From contig CALVMW010000001.1 of NCBI GenBank assembly GCA_944349335.1, positions 80,309-144,308 of the forward strand: DNA of 64,000 nt, written 5' to 3'. This DNA comes from an uncultured Bacilli bacterium (lineage in GTDB: Bacteria > Bacillota_I > Bacilli_A > RFN20 > CAG-288). The position numbers were made by a program, and so were the translations under genes. Below the pieces are notes generated by a model. The model saw only the letters and a list, made by a program, of their open reading frames with translations, had not been told where the DNA came from and ran no database searches. This document shows, piece by piece, positions 8,977-19,381 of this stretch. Numbering within the stretch: position 1 is the first letter of the stretch; each line of letters opens with the position of its first letter.

Positions 8977-10320
8977 TCAGGTTTTTTTGTGGGAAAGCAG
9001 TACTACTGTCTCTACGTGAAGAGTAAAAGGAAACATATCGACTGGTGTCACTCTTTTTACTTCATAATAGTCTTTTAATACATTTATATCGCGGGCTAAT
9101 GTGACAGGATCACAAGAAACATATACTACCTTTTGAGGTCTCAAATTAATTAATGATTGCAAAAATTCTACTGTCGCTCCTTTTCGAGGTGGATCCATGA
9201 TGACAACTGAAAAAGGAATCGTCGTTTTTTGCATAAATTCAGTGCAATCATCAGCGATGAAGTGAGCATTAAAAATATTATTAATTTTAGCGTTAATTTT
9301 AGCATCAGCGACAGCTTGTTTAACAATTTCAACTCCATAAACTTCTTTTACTTCTCTAGCACAAGATAAGCCGATCGTTCCAGTTCCACAATAGGCATCA
9401 AGAAGGATGTCATCTTTATTTAATTCAGCTCCTTTAATAGCTAAAGAATATAAATTTTCAACCTGTTTAGAATTAACTTGATAAAAAGAGTGTGAAGAAA
9501 TCAAAAACTTGTTGGTGAATATTTGATCTTTGATTCTTGTATACCCATATATAGGGACATCTTTTTCACCAAGAATAACATTAGTATGTCGATTATTAAT
9601 ATTAAAAACTACCCCTTTAACTTCAGAAATTTTTGAAATTAAGCGTTTAGCAAATTCTTTTCGGCCTTTTAATTTAGCATCTTTTACAACTATTGTAACT
9701 AATGCTTCTGATGAATCTGAGTTAGTTTTAATCAGTAAATGGCGAATATCACCTTCCATAGTATCTTCATCATAAGGTTTATATTTAAATTCTTGAAAGA
9801 GTTTTAAAGTATAATTAGTTATCTTTGTAGCTAGATTACTCTCCAATAAACATGAAGAAATAGGAACTAATTTATGAGTATTTAATGAATAATAACCAGC
9901 AGCGATTTTACCTTGAACTAACTTAATAGGCTTTTGAACTTTATTGCGATAATGATAGGGTGAAGCTAATGAGATTGTATCATCTACATCAATATCTAAA
10001 GAAGCAAATTTTTTAAATAGATTCTTAACTTTTTCCTTTTTATATTTTAATTGTTCTTTATAATCTAAATGCATAAGCTGACAGCCTCCGCATTTAGGAT
10101 AATAAGGACAAGGAGAATTAACTCTAAAAGGTGAAGATTTTAATCTTTTAATCACTTTAACATCTTTTAATTTTCCGTACTCAAAAGTCGTCTCAATGAG
10201 AGCCTTCTCTTGAGGCAACATGTCAGGAATAAATATTGTCTTATTATCTAAATAAGCGATTCCTCTTCCAAAATCATCTAGTGAGAGGATAGTTACTTCA
10301 TTTACTCTTTTACTCATCAT
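8977..10320 (-). CDS. rlmD: 23S rRNA (uracil-C5)-methyltransferase, RumA/RlmD family (TRAM + Fe-S + SAM methyltransferase)
   Basis: N-terminal TRAM-like beta region, Cys cluster CPYYPKCGGCQLMHL, SAM motif LLDAYCGTGTIGL, and C-terminal catalytic region DPPRKG...VSCDP. Confidence 0.8.
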   Translation of the reverse strand: MMSKRVNEVTILSLDDFGRGIAYLDNKTIFIPDMLPQEKALIETTFEYGKLKDVKVIKRLKSSPFRVNSPCPYYPKCGGCQLMHLDYKEQLKYKKEKVKNLFKKFASLDIDVDDTISLASPYHYRNKVQKPIKLVQGKIAAGYYSLNTHKLVPISSCLLESNLATKITNYTLKLFQEFKYKPYDEDTMEGDIRHLLIKTNSDSSEALVTIVVKDAKLKGRKEFAKRLISKISEVKGVVFNINNRHTNVILGEKDVPIYGYTRIKDQIFTNKFLISSHSFYQVNSKQVENLYSLAIKGAELNKDDILLDAYCGTGTIGLSCAREVKEVYGVEIVKQAVADAKINAKINNIFNAHFIADDCTEFMQKTTIPFSVVIMDPPRKGATVEFLQSLINLRPQKVVYVSCDPVTLARDINVLKDYYEVKRVTPVDMFPFTLHVETVVLLSHKKT

Positions 10321-11431
10321 CTAATCCATCGATAGGTCCAATCTTCTCTTTAAGAATATCTGAAACCATCTTTACATCTTCTAAATAAAACAAAGAACGT
10401 TCTTTTTCTTCTTTATGCATAACGAAATAAATCTTCATATATTTTAAATATAATTCAGCGATCCTTACATATGATTGATAAGTCATAGCAAGTGATAAGT
10501 CTTTGCAAAATTCATCGTTAACATAGAAAAAAGCCGAAGAAGAGTGGGCAATTTCACTAGCACCCTCATAGATTTTTGAATATTTTGATAATTCAGCAAG
10601 CTTTTCAACTCCATCGCGGAAGTTTAATTTAAAGCAGGCATCATTAGGATCAAATTTAGGATGAGAATAAAGCCAACCATATTCGATAAATTTTTTCATA
10701 TCTTTGCTCTTTAAGCCGTGTTCTTTCATATTTTCTTTGATCTGGGCAAAGATAATATCTAGTTCTTCTTGCGCAAAATTATCTTTATTTCTATAAGCAT
10801 TATTATAACTTATATGAGTTAAATAATCGCGGCGGCATTTTTCATCACCATCAACTAAAAGTTTTAAAACACATTCAGATTCATGCAATGTTCGCCAAGA
10901 GACAAAGGCATCAGGAAAAAGACCTAAGTTAAGCATTTTTAAAAAACCAGTAACCTTCTTAAAAACAGTTTCAAAAATATCGCTTACTAAAGAAGTAGAA
11001 GGATTAACTAGAGCCAGAGGAGAATTGATATGTTCTAAATAATCGACTGATGATTGCAAAATAGAAACATAGGGATCAGATGGTTCTATTCCAGTATTTA
11101 TATTATTTTTTGAATACGCTAAATATTCGTCATACCTTTTTAATAAATTGTTGACAACATCATAATTTTTCTTTTTCTTCTCATAATCAGGAATGAGTTT
11201 TAACTTTTTATATTCGCTGATAAGCATATCGATAAAAGAAGTTAATCTTCTTCTGATCTCAAAAGCCGAAAGTCCTTCAAAAGAGTTATTATAGCGACTA
11301 AAAATCTGTTTAATAGTCTTTTTCCCCATCTCTAAAATTCCCGCAACATCTGTGTCGCTTAAATCATGAGCTTGGAATTTGATCATATCGATGACGATTA
11401 AATCGAAGGTAGTTGTATTTATTTTTTCCAT
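10310..11431 (-). CDS. hypothetical protein (373 aa), possible N-terminal HTH
   Basis: ORF overlaps its neighbours by 11-13 nt (operon-like); SDTDVAGILEMGKKTIKQIF could be an HTH; nothing else recognised. Confidence 0.4.
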   Translation of the reverse strand: MEKINTTTFDLIVIDMIKFQAHDLSDTDVAGILEMGKKTIKQIFSRYNNSFEGLSAFEIRRRLTSFIDMLISEYKKLKLIPDYEKKKKNYDVVNNLLKRYDEYLAYSKNNINTGIEPSDPYVSILQSSVDYLEHINSPLALVNPSTSLVSDIFETVFKKVTGFLKMLNLGLFPDAFVSWRTLHESECVLKLLVDGDEKCRRDYLTHISYNNAYRNKDNFAQEELDIIFAQIKENMKEHGLKSKDMKKFIEYGWLYSHPKFDPNDACFKLNFRDGVEKLAELSKYSKIYEGASEIAHSSSAFFYVNDEFCKDLSLAMTYQSYVRIAELYLKYMKIYFVMHKEEKERSLFYLEDVKMVSDILKEKIGPIDGLDDE

Positions 11432-12534
11432 AGATCCCTCATAACTATATATGACTCAATTAAGGTCGAACCTATATTATAACCTCCGCAAGGAAGATTA
11501 ACATCTAAAACTTCACCGATAGCATATAGATTCTTATCTTCTTTTGAGGAAAAATTATGATTTAATAACTCTATATTAATACCACCATATGAGACCTGCG
11601 AATCTTTAAAAGGATAAAAATCCTGGAAATGAAAGAGAAGTTTACTATTTTTTATTTTATTCTTTTTTAGATATTCGATTAAAAATTTAGGATAAGCTGA
11701 TAAATCAGATATTAATTTAAACCCTTGGTATCTAGAAAAATCGATTTGAATAGATATTTCGTCTTTATTATATCCATCCTTTATCAGTTCATTAATATAT
11801 AAAGATAGGTTCATGATCACAATCCCAGATAAACCATCTTCCTTAAAGAGAACTTCGCCTTCTTCAGAATAAATTATCTTTCCCTTAACTAAGAGTGAAC
11901 AATTTCCTCTCAACCTTTGATTTTTTAAGCTAAAAGTTTTTTCTCTTACTTTTATTGGAACTAAAGAAGGAGAAAAAGGTCTATATGGTATCCTAAGTGA
12001 ATCAAGCAAACTGTAATCTACCTCTCTATCATAAGAAAAACCACCGGGAGCAAAGATTATTTTATCGTAAGGCTTAACTGACTTTTTTTCATTTGCAATA
12101 TAAGTGACTTCTTTTTTTATCCTATCAATTTTAATCACGTCATTAAAATTAACTGATATATGACTATCAATTTTCGATATTAAAAAATTGTAAATTGATT
12201 CAGAGCGATTAAAGAAAGGATAATATAAATCACCTTCTTTATAATATGAAAAAGAAAGTTTATCAGTTAAATAATGAAAAAAAGCATTAGGAAAATCTTC
12301 TCTATTAAAGAAGAAATCTTTTAGTTTATGCAAATAAAAGACATCATAATTATCACTATTTAAAAGTTTTTCATTGAAAAAATTACAGCGCCCATTACCA
12401 GCGACTAAAATTCTTCTTGCTAATATATCATTTTTTCTTTTTTTATCAAAAATGGTTATATGATATTTACTAGATAATTCAATAGCAGGAATCAAAGAAG
12501 AAATACCGCCACCTATGATGACTAATTCATCCAT
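11419..12534 (-). CDS. NAD(P)/FAD-dependent oxidoreductase, HI0933/BaiN-like flavoprotein family
   Basis: N-terminal dinucleotide-binding fold LVIIGGGISSL...IFDKK and the GNGRCNF motif characteristic of the HI0933 family. Confidence 0.65.
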   Translation of the reverse strand: MDELVIIGGGISSLIPAIELSSKYHITIFDKKRKNDILARRILVAGNGRCNFFNEKLLNSDNYDVFYLHKLKDFFFNREDFPNAFFHYLTDKLSFSYYKEGDLYYPFFNRSESIYNFLISKIDSHISVNFNDVIKIDRIKKEVTYIANEKKSVKPYDKIIFAPGGFSYDREVDYSLLDSLRIPYRPFSPSLVPIKVREKTFSLKNQRLRGNCSLLVKGKIIYSEEGEVLFKEDGLSGIVIMNLSLYINELIKDGYNKDEISIQIDFSRYQGFKLISDLSAYPKFLIEYLKKNKIKNSKLLFHFQDFYPFKDSQVSYGGINIELLNHNFSSKEDKNLYAIGEVLDVNLPCGGYNIGSTLIESYIVMRDLWKK

Positions 12535-13535
12535 GCCAAATTCTTTTTAGCTGTTATTATTGCAAATATATTCTGAGCATCATCTGACTTAAAACTTTCA
12601 AGTAAATTAACTATCTTCTTATCAGTATCTACTGTCGTATGAAGTTTTAAAATAAAATTAGTATCAAAGATACTTAGATCATTTCCGAGCTCTTTAAGCA
12701 GTTTATAATCGATAGAATCTAAATTCGAAACAAGAATATAAATCATATCAATATCATTAAAATCATAATATATGTCAGGACAACTCTCTCTATCGATAGT
12801 TATCAAAGATAAATTTTTACCGGTTAAAAGAGTGCTAGCAATCCTTTTCGAAAGAATTTCAAATACTTTATTTTTACTATCTTTAAAAAGTTCGCGGCGA
12901 GGAGTAGCGACAGAATACTTAAAGTTTTCAATAAGATCATAGAAATAATCAATAGCGAGCTTTTCATCAAAATAATTATTCTGCTTAATTAAGTCGTAAA
13001 CAATATATGTTAGACCACCGATAATAAAATCTTCGACTAATAAAGATGGTAAATATGAAGAAGCAAAATATAAATATTTTTTATTTATCAAGATAAAAAC
13101 ATTGTTAATAAAATTATTAAGCGCCCAATAAACAGTCTTACCATGATCATTTTCAATAAATAAATACAACAATTCACGGTTAATATTTACATGTGTAACA
13201 ATAACTTTAATTATTCCTAAAAGAAGGTCATCTTTACTATGAGAATGAGTGACTAATGTTTCAATCTTTTCTACAGCGGGTTGCATCAAACGATTAAAGC
13301 ATTCTCTAAGTAAAGAGGATTTATTGTCAAAGTGATTGTAGAAAGTAAGCCTTGCGACCCCAGCCATTTCTGCAATCTTGGTAATCCTAATATCGTCAAT
13401 GTGATTTTTCTTTAAAAGCTCAATCATTGCGTCGCAGAGCAAGTTGATGCTTTTGTCGACTCGCATGTCGACTTTCTTTTTATAAACTAAACCTTTCATA
13501 TTTTTAATTATAAAACTTTTGTACCGGGTTTTCAT
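12522..13535 (-). CDS. TetR/AcrR-family transcriptional regulator with extended C-terminal domain (true start may be an internal Met)
   Basis: TetR HTH signature ITKIAEMAGVARLTFYNHFDNKSSLL near the N-terminus; 337 aa is long for the family. Confidence 0.6.
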   Translation of the reverse strand: MKTRYKSFIIKNMKGLVYKKKVDMRVDKSINLLCDAMIELLKKNHIDDIRITKIAEMAGVARLTFYNHFDNKSSLLRECFNRLMQPAVEKIETLVTHSHSKDDLLLGIIKVIVTHVNINRELLYLFIENDHGKTVYWALNNFINNVFILINKKYLYFASSYLPSLLVEDFIIGGLTYIVYDLIKQNNYFDEKLAIDYFYDLIENFKYSVATPRRELFKDSKNKVFEILSKRIASTLLTGKNLSLITIDRESCPDIYYDFNDIDMIYILVSNLDSIDYKLLKELGNDLSIFDTNFILKLHTTVDTDKKIVNLLESFKSDDAQNIFAIITAKKNLAWMN

Positions 13536-13564
13536 CCTAAATTTTATAAAATTTTTAATTTAAA

Positions 13565-13594
13565 AAATAAAAAAAGGTTCGATTAGGAACCTTT
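13565..13594 (-). terminator. rho-independent terminator of rpsO (hairpin contains the stop codon)
   Basis: On the minus strand: aaaggttc-cuaau-cgaaccttt followed by a TTTTTATTTTTT run; the rpsO stop at 13583-13585 lies in the loop. Confidence 0.7.
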
Positions 13595-13858
13595 CTTGTC
13601 TTTAAGTTGTTTAACAATCTCTTCGTACTTAGTAGGATTCTCTTTCTTTAAATAAGCGAGAAGCTTCTTACGACGAGCGATGATGATATCCATACCTCTC
13701 TTGGAAGAATAATCATGCTTATTAGCAGTCATATGAGCAGTTAATTTCTTAATTCTCGCTGTTAATAAAGCAATCTGAACTTCACAGGAGCCAGTATCCT
13801 TTTCATCTCTTTGGCTACCTTTGATAAGAGTAGTCTTTTCATCCTTTGTTAAAGCCAT
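13583..13858 (-). CDS. rpsO: 30S ribosomal protein S15
   Basis: MALTKDEKTTLIKG...ANKHDYSSKRGMDIIIARRKKLLAYL matches S15; 91 aa. Confidence 0.9.
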   Translation of the reverse strand: MALTKDEKTTLIKGSQRDEKDTGSCEVQIALLTARIKKLTAHMTANKHDYSSKRGMDIIIARRKKLLAYLKKENPTKYEEIVKQLKDKKGS

Positions 13859-13968
13859 TTTTTACCTCTTTTATGCTTTCTGCATATATCCAGTCATGCG
13901 TGATTTGAGGAACGAGCGCAGAACCAGAAATAGCCTATTTATTATACAAGAAATATTATTATTTGCAA

Positions 13969-15117
13969 CTAAATCTTTAAAGCTTTCGTAATCTTTTTAA
14001 CGAGTTTCTCCTCTTTTTCTTCATAACCGAAAGATAAAAAGACATCTTTATTTATTTTACCCACAAAATATGAATTATATGGAACATGTTTCATCGACAT
14101 ATTTTTTTCAAATATATCGATCAAAGTTATCAGTTCTTCTTTACTTGCTTTTAAAGAAGTACATAGTTTTATTTCATAATCAAAATTTTCTAAAGCCTTA
14201 ATCTTTAAATAAGCAAGAGGTTCATCTTCTTTTCTTAATAGATAATAAAAATCATCGCTTGAAAAATCTTCAAAATCTTTTTCTTGTGCTTTTTTATCTA
14301 TCATTGCAATCTGTAAAAAATCCGCAGGAGTATCACATTTCTTAATGAACAAATCATTAACATGAGCCCCTTTCTTAAAATAAAGTAGCTGATATTGCTC
14401 TGAATTATTAAGAAGGGTTATAAGAGAAGTCTTACTATCAGGATACTGTTTATAAATATCTTGAAGCATAGTTTTTATTTCTTCTCTTTTTGTTCTTTTA
14501 TCATTACCACATGAATTTTTAGTAGTAGGAAAGTTTAATCTTTTAGATAAACTTAAGATATCTTTTTCTTCAGCTAAAATTAAAGGGCGAATAAAATCAA
14601 TATCTGCACAATCTAAATGCATCTTTGCTTCAAAAGTATTGATTCTGCCCGTATAAAGCATGTTTAAGAATAAAGTTTCTAGGCAATCATCGATATGATG
14701 AGCAAAAGCAACTTTTTTAAAGCCTAATTTCCTAGCAGCTTTATTGATGATAGCTTTTCTCATCCTTGAACATATAGAGCAGGGAAGTAATCCATCTTTA
14801 CTCTTATGTTGAGATAAAATAGAAAAAACTTCTTTCGCATCATATTCAATATAAGGGATATTTAAATTCTCAATAAACTCTTTAACTTTAGTAAAATCGA
14901 CATAAGGAAAACCAAAATCGAGGTGAACAGCAGCTAAAGTGAAATTTTTATCGCGAAATAAAGAATATCGTGAAAGCAAGTAAGCTAAAGCTAATGAATC
15001 TTTACCACCTGAGATTCCAAGAAGAATTTTATCACCATTTTTTATAAGTCCATACTCATAATCAGCTACTCGGATAGCAGCTAAGAGTTTTTTTATCAAT
15101 CTTTCATTATTTTCCAC
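13969..15117 (-). CDS. PP-loop ATPase of the TtcA / tRNA 2-thiocytidine synthetase-like family with C-terminal extension
   Basis: PP-loop ILLGISGGKDSLALAYLL, and the TtcA-type CxxC motif CSICSRMRKAIINKAARKLGFKKVAFAHHIDDCLETLFLNMLY. 382 aa is longer than typical TtcA. Confidence 0.65.
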   Translation of the reverse strand: MENNERLIKKLLAAIRVADYEYGLIKNGDKILLGISGGKDSLALAYLLSRYSLFRDKNFTLAAVHLDFGFPYVDFTKVKEFIENLNIPYIEYDAKEVFSILSQHKSKDGLLPCSICSRMRKAIINKAARKLGFKKVAFAHHIDDCLETLFLNMLYTGRINTFEAKMHLDCADIDFIRPLILAEEKDILSLSKRLNFPTTKNSCGNDKRTKREEIKTMLQDIYKQYPDSKTSLITLLNNSEQYQLLYFKKGAHVNDLFIKKCDTPADFLQIAMIDKKAQEKDFEDFSSDDFYYLLRKEDEPLAYLKIKALENFDYEIKLCTSLKASKEELITLIDIFEKNMSMKHVPYNSYFVGKINKDVFLSFGYEEKEEKLVKKITKALKI

Positions 15118-15183
15118 GTGAAAAATTATAACTTTTCATAATGTAAATAGCAAAAAAATATTATTTTTTCTATACTATTAGTT

Positions 15184-16053
15184 ATGAGTTCATTAGGTTT
15201 TCTTCTTGTCGATAAAGATATCGGTTTACCTTCTAACCACCTCGATTCACATATTAAAAGACTCTTCAATATCAAAAGAGTAGGACATTTAGGCACTCTT
15301 GATCCTTTTGCCTCTGGTTTAATGATTATCGCTATCGGAGAGATGACAAAAGCTCTACCTCTTTTTAAAGACGAGAAAAAAGAATATATCGCAACTTTAA
15401 AATTAGGTATTGAAACTGATACTTTAGATAAATTAGGAAAAGTGATCTCAACAAAATCTATCAAAGATTTTGATGAGAAAAAAATCCAGGAAGTCTTTAA
15501 AGAGCTTCAAAAAAGAGAATATCAATATCCTCCAAAGTATTCAGCCAAATGGGTCGATGGTAAAAGAGCCTATCAATTAGCTTTAGAAGGAAAAGAATTC
15601 GAATTAAAAAAGATTAAAATTAAAATTTATTCTCTTGAACTTTTAAAATATGACAAAGATAGCATCACTTTTAAAACTCTTGTTTCTAAAGGAACTTATA
15701 TTCGTTCTTTAGCTTATGATATAGCAAATTTATTAGGAACAACTGGTCACTTAGATAGTTTAAGAAGAACGAAGATCGATAACTTTGATATTTCCATGAG
15801 TACCAAAGAAAAAGATTTAACTGATGCGTCTATCTTCGATGAGAGGATTATCCCTGACGCAATAACCATTTATCCTGACGATGAAATAATCTCTAAAGTG
15901 ATACATGGCCATAAAGTCAAATTGGATTATTTACAAAAATATTTATTTATTAAAAAACAAGATAAATACTTAGCTATCTATATAAAAGAAGGAGAATATT
16001 ATCGTTCCTTTAGAGGATTTGCTATCGATAATCAACCTAAAGAACTTAAATAA
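15184..16053 (+). CDS. truB: tRNA pseudouridine(55) synthase
   Basis: GFLLVDKDIGLPSNHL...VGHLGTLDPFASGLMIIAIG (catalytic Asp motif). Sits next to rbfA/infB as in many bacteria. No obvious SD before the ATG. Confidence 0.85.
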   Translation: MSSLGFLLVDKDIGLPSNHLDSHIKRLFNIKRVGHLGTLDPFASGLMIIAIGEMTKALPLFKDEKKEYIATLKLGIETDTLDKLGKVISTKSIKDFDEKKIQEVFKELQKREYQYPPKYSAKWVDGKRAYQLALEGKEFELKKIKIKIYSLELLKYDKDSITFKTLVSKGTYIRSLAYDIANLLGTTGHLDSLRRTKIDNFDISMSTKEKDLTDASIFDERIIPDAITIYPDDEIISKVIHGHKVKLDYLQKYLFIKKQDKYLAIYIKEGEYYRSFRGFAIDNQPKELK

Positions 16054-16694
16054 TATGCTTTCATTTGTTCCTTTAAATTTAAACTTACTTTATTAGAAGA
16101 ACAAATTTTATTTTTTGTCTCTTTTAAAAGTAACTGATTTTTATCTTTTAAAAATAAAAAAACATACTCTTTATCTATAGGATATATATCAGCTAGTAAC
16201 CAAGCTAAAGCTAAATAACTCACTCTATCTAATTCATCCTTTAGATAATTATAAAACTGATAACGACTATCTAAATAATAGCGGAGAAAAATATAAAAAA
16301 CGCGTCGAAGATAAGCATTTTGACTCTTAACAAAAGAAGAAAATAAAGGGAAATCATCTTTAAATACTTTCTTTTTAATATATTGAGGAAGAGAGTCACT
16401 TATAGCCCAGGTAACAATAAAAGAAGAATATTTATCGATAAAAGAAAATTGGTCTTCATGTGTCTTTAAATTTAAAAGATTACTCGCAAAAAATAGATAA
16501 CGAAGTTCAAAAAAATCACTATCGTAAAAATCCTTTACATATTCTAATGAATATTCTTTTGCTAATCTTTTTAAAGTTGGCATATTAACACCGATGACAC
16601 ATAGTGAACAATCTTTGATAAGAGGAGTAAAAAAAGAGCGATATTTGCTATCGCCCTTTAATAAAACCTCTTCTTTAAGAGGATTTTTCATCAT
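16032..16694 (-). CDS. DNA alkylation repair protein, AlkD-like HEAT-repeat family (tentative)
   Basis: GVNMPTLKRLAKEY and periodic helical repeats resemble AlkC/AlkD-type proteins; weak. Confidence 0.45.
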   Translation of the reverse strand: MMKNPLKEEVLLKGDSKYRSFFTPLIKDCSLCVIGVNMPTLKRLAKEYSLEYVKDFYDSDFFELRYLFFASNLLNLKTHEDQFSFIDKYSSFIVTWAISDSLPQYIKKKVFKDDFPLFSSFVKSQNAYLRRVFYIFLRYYLDSRYQFYNYLKDELDRVSYLALAWLLADIYPIDKEYVFLFLKDKNQLLLKETKNKICSSNKVSLNLKEQMKAYYLSSLG

Positions 16695-17055
16695 CTAAGT
16701 CCTTTAATGTTTTGGGTTTAGTATTTAAAGCTTTTTCTATTAAAGCATCAATTTTTTGGCCTCTTTCAAAACTCTCATCTCTAAAGAATTTTAGTTCAGG
16801 AATCTTGTAAATATCGAGTGTTTTAGCAAGTAAAGATCTTATTTTCTTAGCATTAGTATTGAGATATGAAACTAAAATATCGCACTTACTTTCTTCAACA
16901 TGGGAAACATAAACGCGACAATAAGAATAATCCTTAGTCATCTCAACATCATTGATAGAGGCAAAAGAACAAAGGTCACTTTTTAATCCGTAAACAATAA
17001 TCTCCGAGAGATTCTTTTGAATTAACTGTTGAACTCTTTTTAATTTATCAGCCAT
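16675..17055 (-). CDS. rbfA: ribosome-binding factor A
   Basis: [20 protein letters not shown]... with a KH-like fold signature; immediately downstream of infB. Confidence 0.85.
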   Translation of the reverse strand: MADKLKRVQQLIQKNLSEIIVYGLKSDLCSFASINDVEMTKDYSYCRVYVSHVEESKCDILVSYLNTNAKKIRSLLAKTLDIYKIPELKFFRDESFERGQKIDALIEKALNTKPKTLKDLDDEKSS

Positions 17056-18865
17056 TCTTTACCTCCTCTTCACCATATGATTCTAATATATCACCTAATT
17101 CAAGGTTAAAATTATCAGAAATAGTAGCACCGCATTCAAATCCCGTTAATACTTCTTTAGCATCATCTTTAAAACGCTTTAAAGAAGTAAGATGAGTATT
17201 TAAAATTAACTCGTCATTACGATACACTCTGATGCGACTATTATTCTTGATCTTTCCATCTTTAACAAATAAGCCTGCGATTTGACCAACTTTGGAAGCT
17301 TTAAACAAGTTTCTAACTTCAGCATGTCCATAAATAACTTCTTCAAAGACAGGACCTAAAGTACCTTGTAAAGCTCTTTCGATATCTTCAATAAGGTGAT
17401 AGATAATATTATATTCTCTAATTTCAACCTTATCTTCTTTAGCAAGCCTCTTAATAGAGGCAGAGACTCTTAATCCAAAAGCTAAAACAATAGCGTGAGA
17501 AGCACTAGCGAGAACTAAATCACCCAAAGATACTTCTCCAGAAGCACAATGTAAAATTTGTAACTTAGTTCCAGGAATATCAATCTTCTCTAAAGAAGCT
17601 TTAATCGCTTCTGCAGTACCTTGGGTATCAGTTTTAATAATTAAGTTGATATTAGTCATCTCACCCTCTTTAGCACTAGCAGAAACATCAGCTAAAGATA
17701 AACCAGCCTCATTCTTTCCAATCAAGGATGCCGCTCTTTTCTCAGCTGCAGTCTTTGCATCTTTTTCATTAGAAAAAGCCTGGAATCTATCACCAGCAAC
17801 CGGGACACCACTTAAACCAGTGACTTGAACAGGGGTCGATGGCAAAGCGACCTTAACATTAGTCTCATATTCATTAGTCATCTTTCTTACTTTACAATAA
17901 AATTCACCGACAGCTAAATAATCTCCGATATGAAGAGTGCCGTTTTGAACTAGTAAAGTCGCTTTGCTTCCTTCCTTTTTATCAAGTTTAGCTTCAATAA
18001 CTGTTCCAGTTGCTAATTTATCGTCAGTAGCTTTTAAATCTAATAATTCAGCTAAAGAGAGGATACCTTCTAATAGTTCATCCACACCTTGGTTCTTTTT
18101 AGCAGAAATATTGAAGACCATAGTATCACCGCCCCATTCTTCAGCTAATAAGTCGTGAGCTGATAATTCGCTCAAAACTTTTTGAACATTAGCTTCAGGC
18201 TTATCGATCTTGTTGATAGCGACAATAATAGGGACATTAGCAGCTTTAGCATGAGCGATAGCTTCGATAGTCTGGGGCTTAACTCCATCATCAGCTGCGA
18301 CAACTAAAACAACGATATCAGTAACTGAAGCACCTCTAGCTCTCATCGCAGTAAATGCTTCATGACCAGGAGTATCAATAAAAGTGATCTTCTTTCCGTT
18401 GATAGTCTTCTGATAAGCACCGATCTCCTGAGTGATACCACCATGTTCACTATCAGTGATATTGGAATGGCGGATACAATCGATTAAAGTTGTTTTACCG
18501 TGGTCGACATGACCCATAATAGTGACGACAGGCGGTCTTTCATCATGGTCAGAATTTTTATCAAAGACAGACGCTTTTGTAAAATCATCGACCGTTGATT
18601 CTTCCTTTTTAAAATCAAATCCGTTATCTAAACAAATCTCTGCGATCAATTCATCAGATAAGACCGAGTTTAAAGAGATCATCTTTCCTTGCATTAAGAA
18701 GTTTTTGATAGTCTCTGTCGAGGAAATGTTAAGTTGTTTGCAAAGTTGATCGAGAGTTAATGATGAGGAGTAAATAAAGACGCCATCAAGTACACCGCCT
18801 TTTTTCTTAGCAAAATTAGTTTTGTTCTCTTTCTTCTTTTTGTCCATCTTCTTTTCTCCTTTCAT
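17048..18865 (-). CDS. infB: translation initiation factor IF-2
   Basis: G-domain motifs [22 protein letters not shown], plus an IF-2 C-terminal domain; 605 aa. Confidence 0.95.
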   Translation of the reverse strand: MKGEKKMDKKKKENKTNFAKKKGGVLDGVFIYSSSLTLDQLCKQLNISSTETIKNFLMQGKMISLNSVLSDELIAEICLDNGFDFKKEESTVDDFTKASVFDKNSDHDERPPVVTIMGHVDHGKTTLIDCIRHSNITDSEHGGITQEIGAYQKTINGKKITFIDTPGHEAFTAMRARGASVTDIVVLVVAADDGVKPQTIEAIAHAKAANVPIIVAINKIDKPEANVQKVLSELSAHDLLAEEWGGDTMVFNISAKKNQGVDELLEGILSLAELLDLKATDDKLATGTVIEAKLDKKEGSKATLLVQNGTLHIGDYLAVGEFYCKVRKMTNEYETNVKVALPSTPVQVTGLSGVPVAGDRFQAFSNEKDAKTAAEKRAASLIGKNEAGLSLADVSASAKEGEMTNINLIIKTDTQGTAEAIKASLEKIDIPGTKLQILHCASGEVSLGDLVLASASHAIVLAFGLRVSASIKRLAKEDKVEIREYNIIYHLIEDIERALQGTLGPVFEEVIYGHAEVRNLFKASKVGQIAGLFVKDGKIKNNSRIRVYRNDELILNTHLTSLKRFKDDAKEVLTGFECGATISDNFNLELGDILESYGEEEVKNG

Positions 18866-19142
18866 TTAAACATGTTTGGATAGCCTTAGCTAAGTCAGAA
18901 TTAAGAATTCCAACATAGTTAACGTCTTTATCTAGGTAAGAAGCGATATTCTCATCTCCATCGACAATAGCTGTGTCAAAAGCTATCCTATACATCTTCT
19001 CTCTATTCTTTTCAGAACAGCGCGGAAGAATAATTATCAGGTAAACTTCTTTCTTTCTTAAATATTCTTTTAATTTCTCTCCATAGGCGAGTTTTTTCAT
19101 TCTTTTAAGAAAATCGAAGTAAGTTTTCAATTTGTCAGGCAT
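18816..19142 (-). CDS. L7Ae-family RNA-binding protein (YlxQ-like); start probably an internal Met because the ORF overlaps infB by 50 nt
   Basis: Its position between ylxR and infB is conserved in Firmicutes; small size and L7Ae-like core (KLAYGEKLKEYLRKKEVYLIIIL). Confidence 0.55.
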   Translation of the reverse strand: MPDKLKTYFDFLKRMKKLAYGEKLKEYLRKKEVYLIIILPRCSEKNREKMYRIAFDTAIVDGDENIASYLDKDVNYVGILNSDLAKAIQTCLNERRKEDGQKEEREQN

Positions 19143-19381
19143 TTTTCTAAATCATTGATAAGATCACTTATATCCCCTTTATAATAACGAGATATAATTT
19201 TTGGCTTTTTCTTTAATATAGATATAGTATCACTATCTTTAAGAATATAATAGCCGCGGCTTTTAACTTTATGATTTACGTCAATAATATAACCATCATC
19301 AGTAAAAACGATACGGATAAGTTTCAAGAGAGGATATCGCTTTTTAGAAACGATATCCATCCTCTCAACTACATATTTCAT
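19127..19381 (-). CDS. YlxR/DUF448 family protein (nusA-infB operon)
   Basis: KRYPLLKLIRIV...GRGYYI-type motif (KSRGYYILKD); located just downstream of nusA. Confidence 0.75.
   Translation of the reverse strand: MKYVVERMDIVSKKRYPLLKLIRIVFTDDGYIIDVNHKVKSRGYYILKDSDTISILKKKPKIISRYYKGDISDLINDLEKCLTN

Noticed and set aside
4326-9078. Several 60-95-aa ORFs (4326..4547, 4829..5044, 6094..6339, 6652..6882, 7005..7223, 7815..8054, 8739..9026, 8872..9078)
   Set aside because: They are embedded in or antisense to longer ORFs with recognisable domains and are typical spurious ORFs in AT-rich DNA.
15126-15464. 112-aa minus-strand ORF
   Set aside because: It is antisense to the well-supported truB gene.
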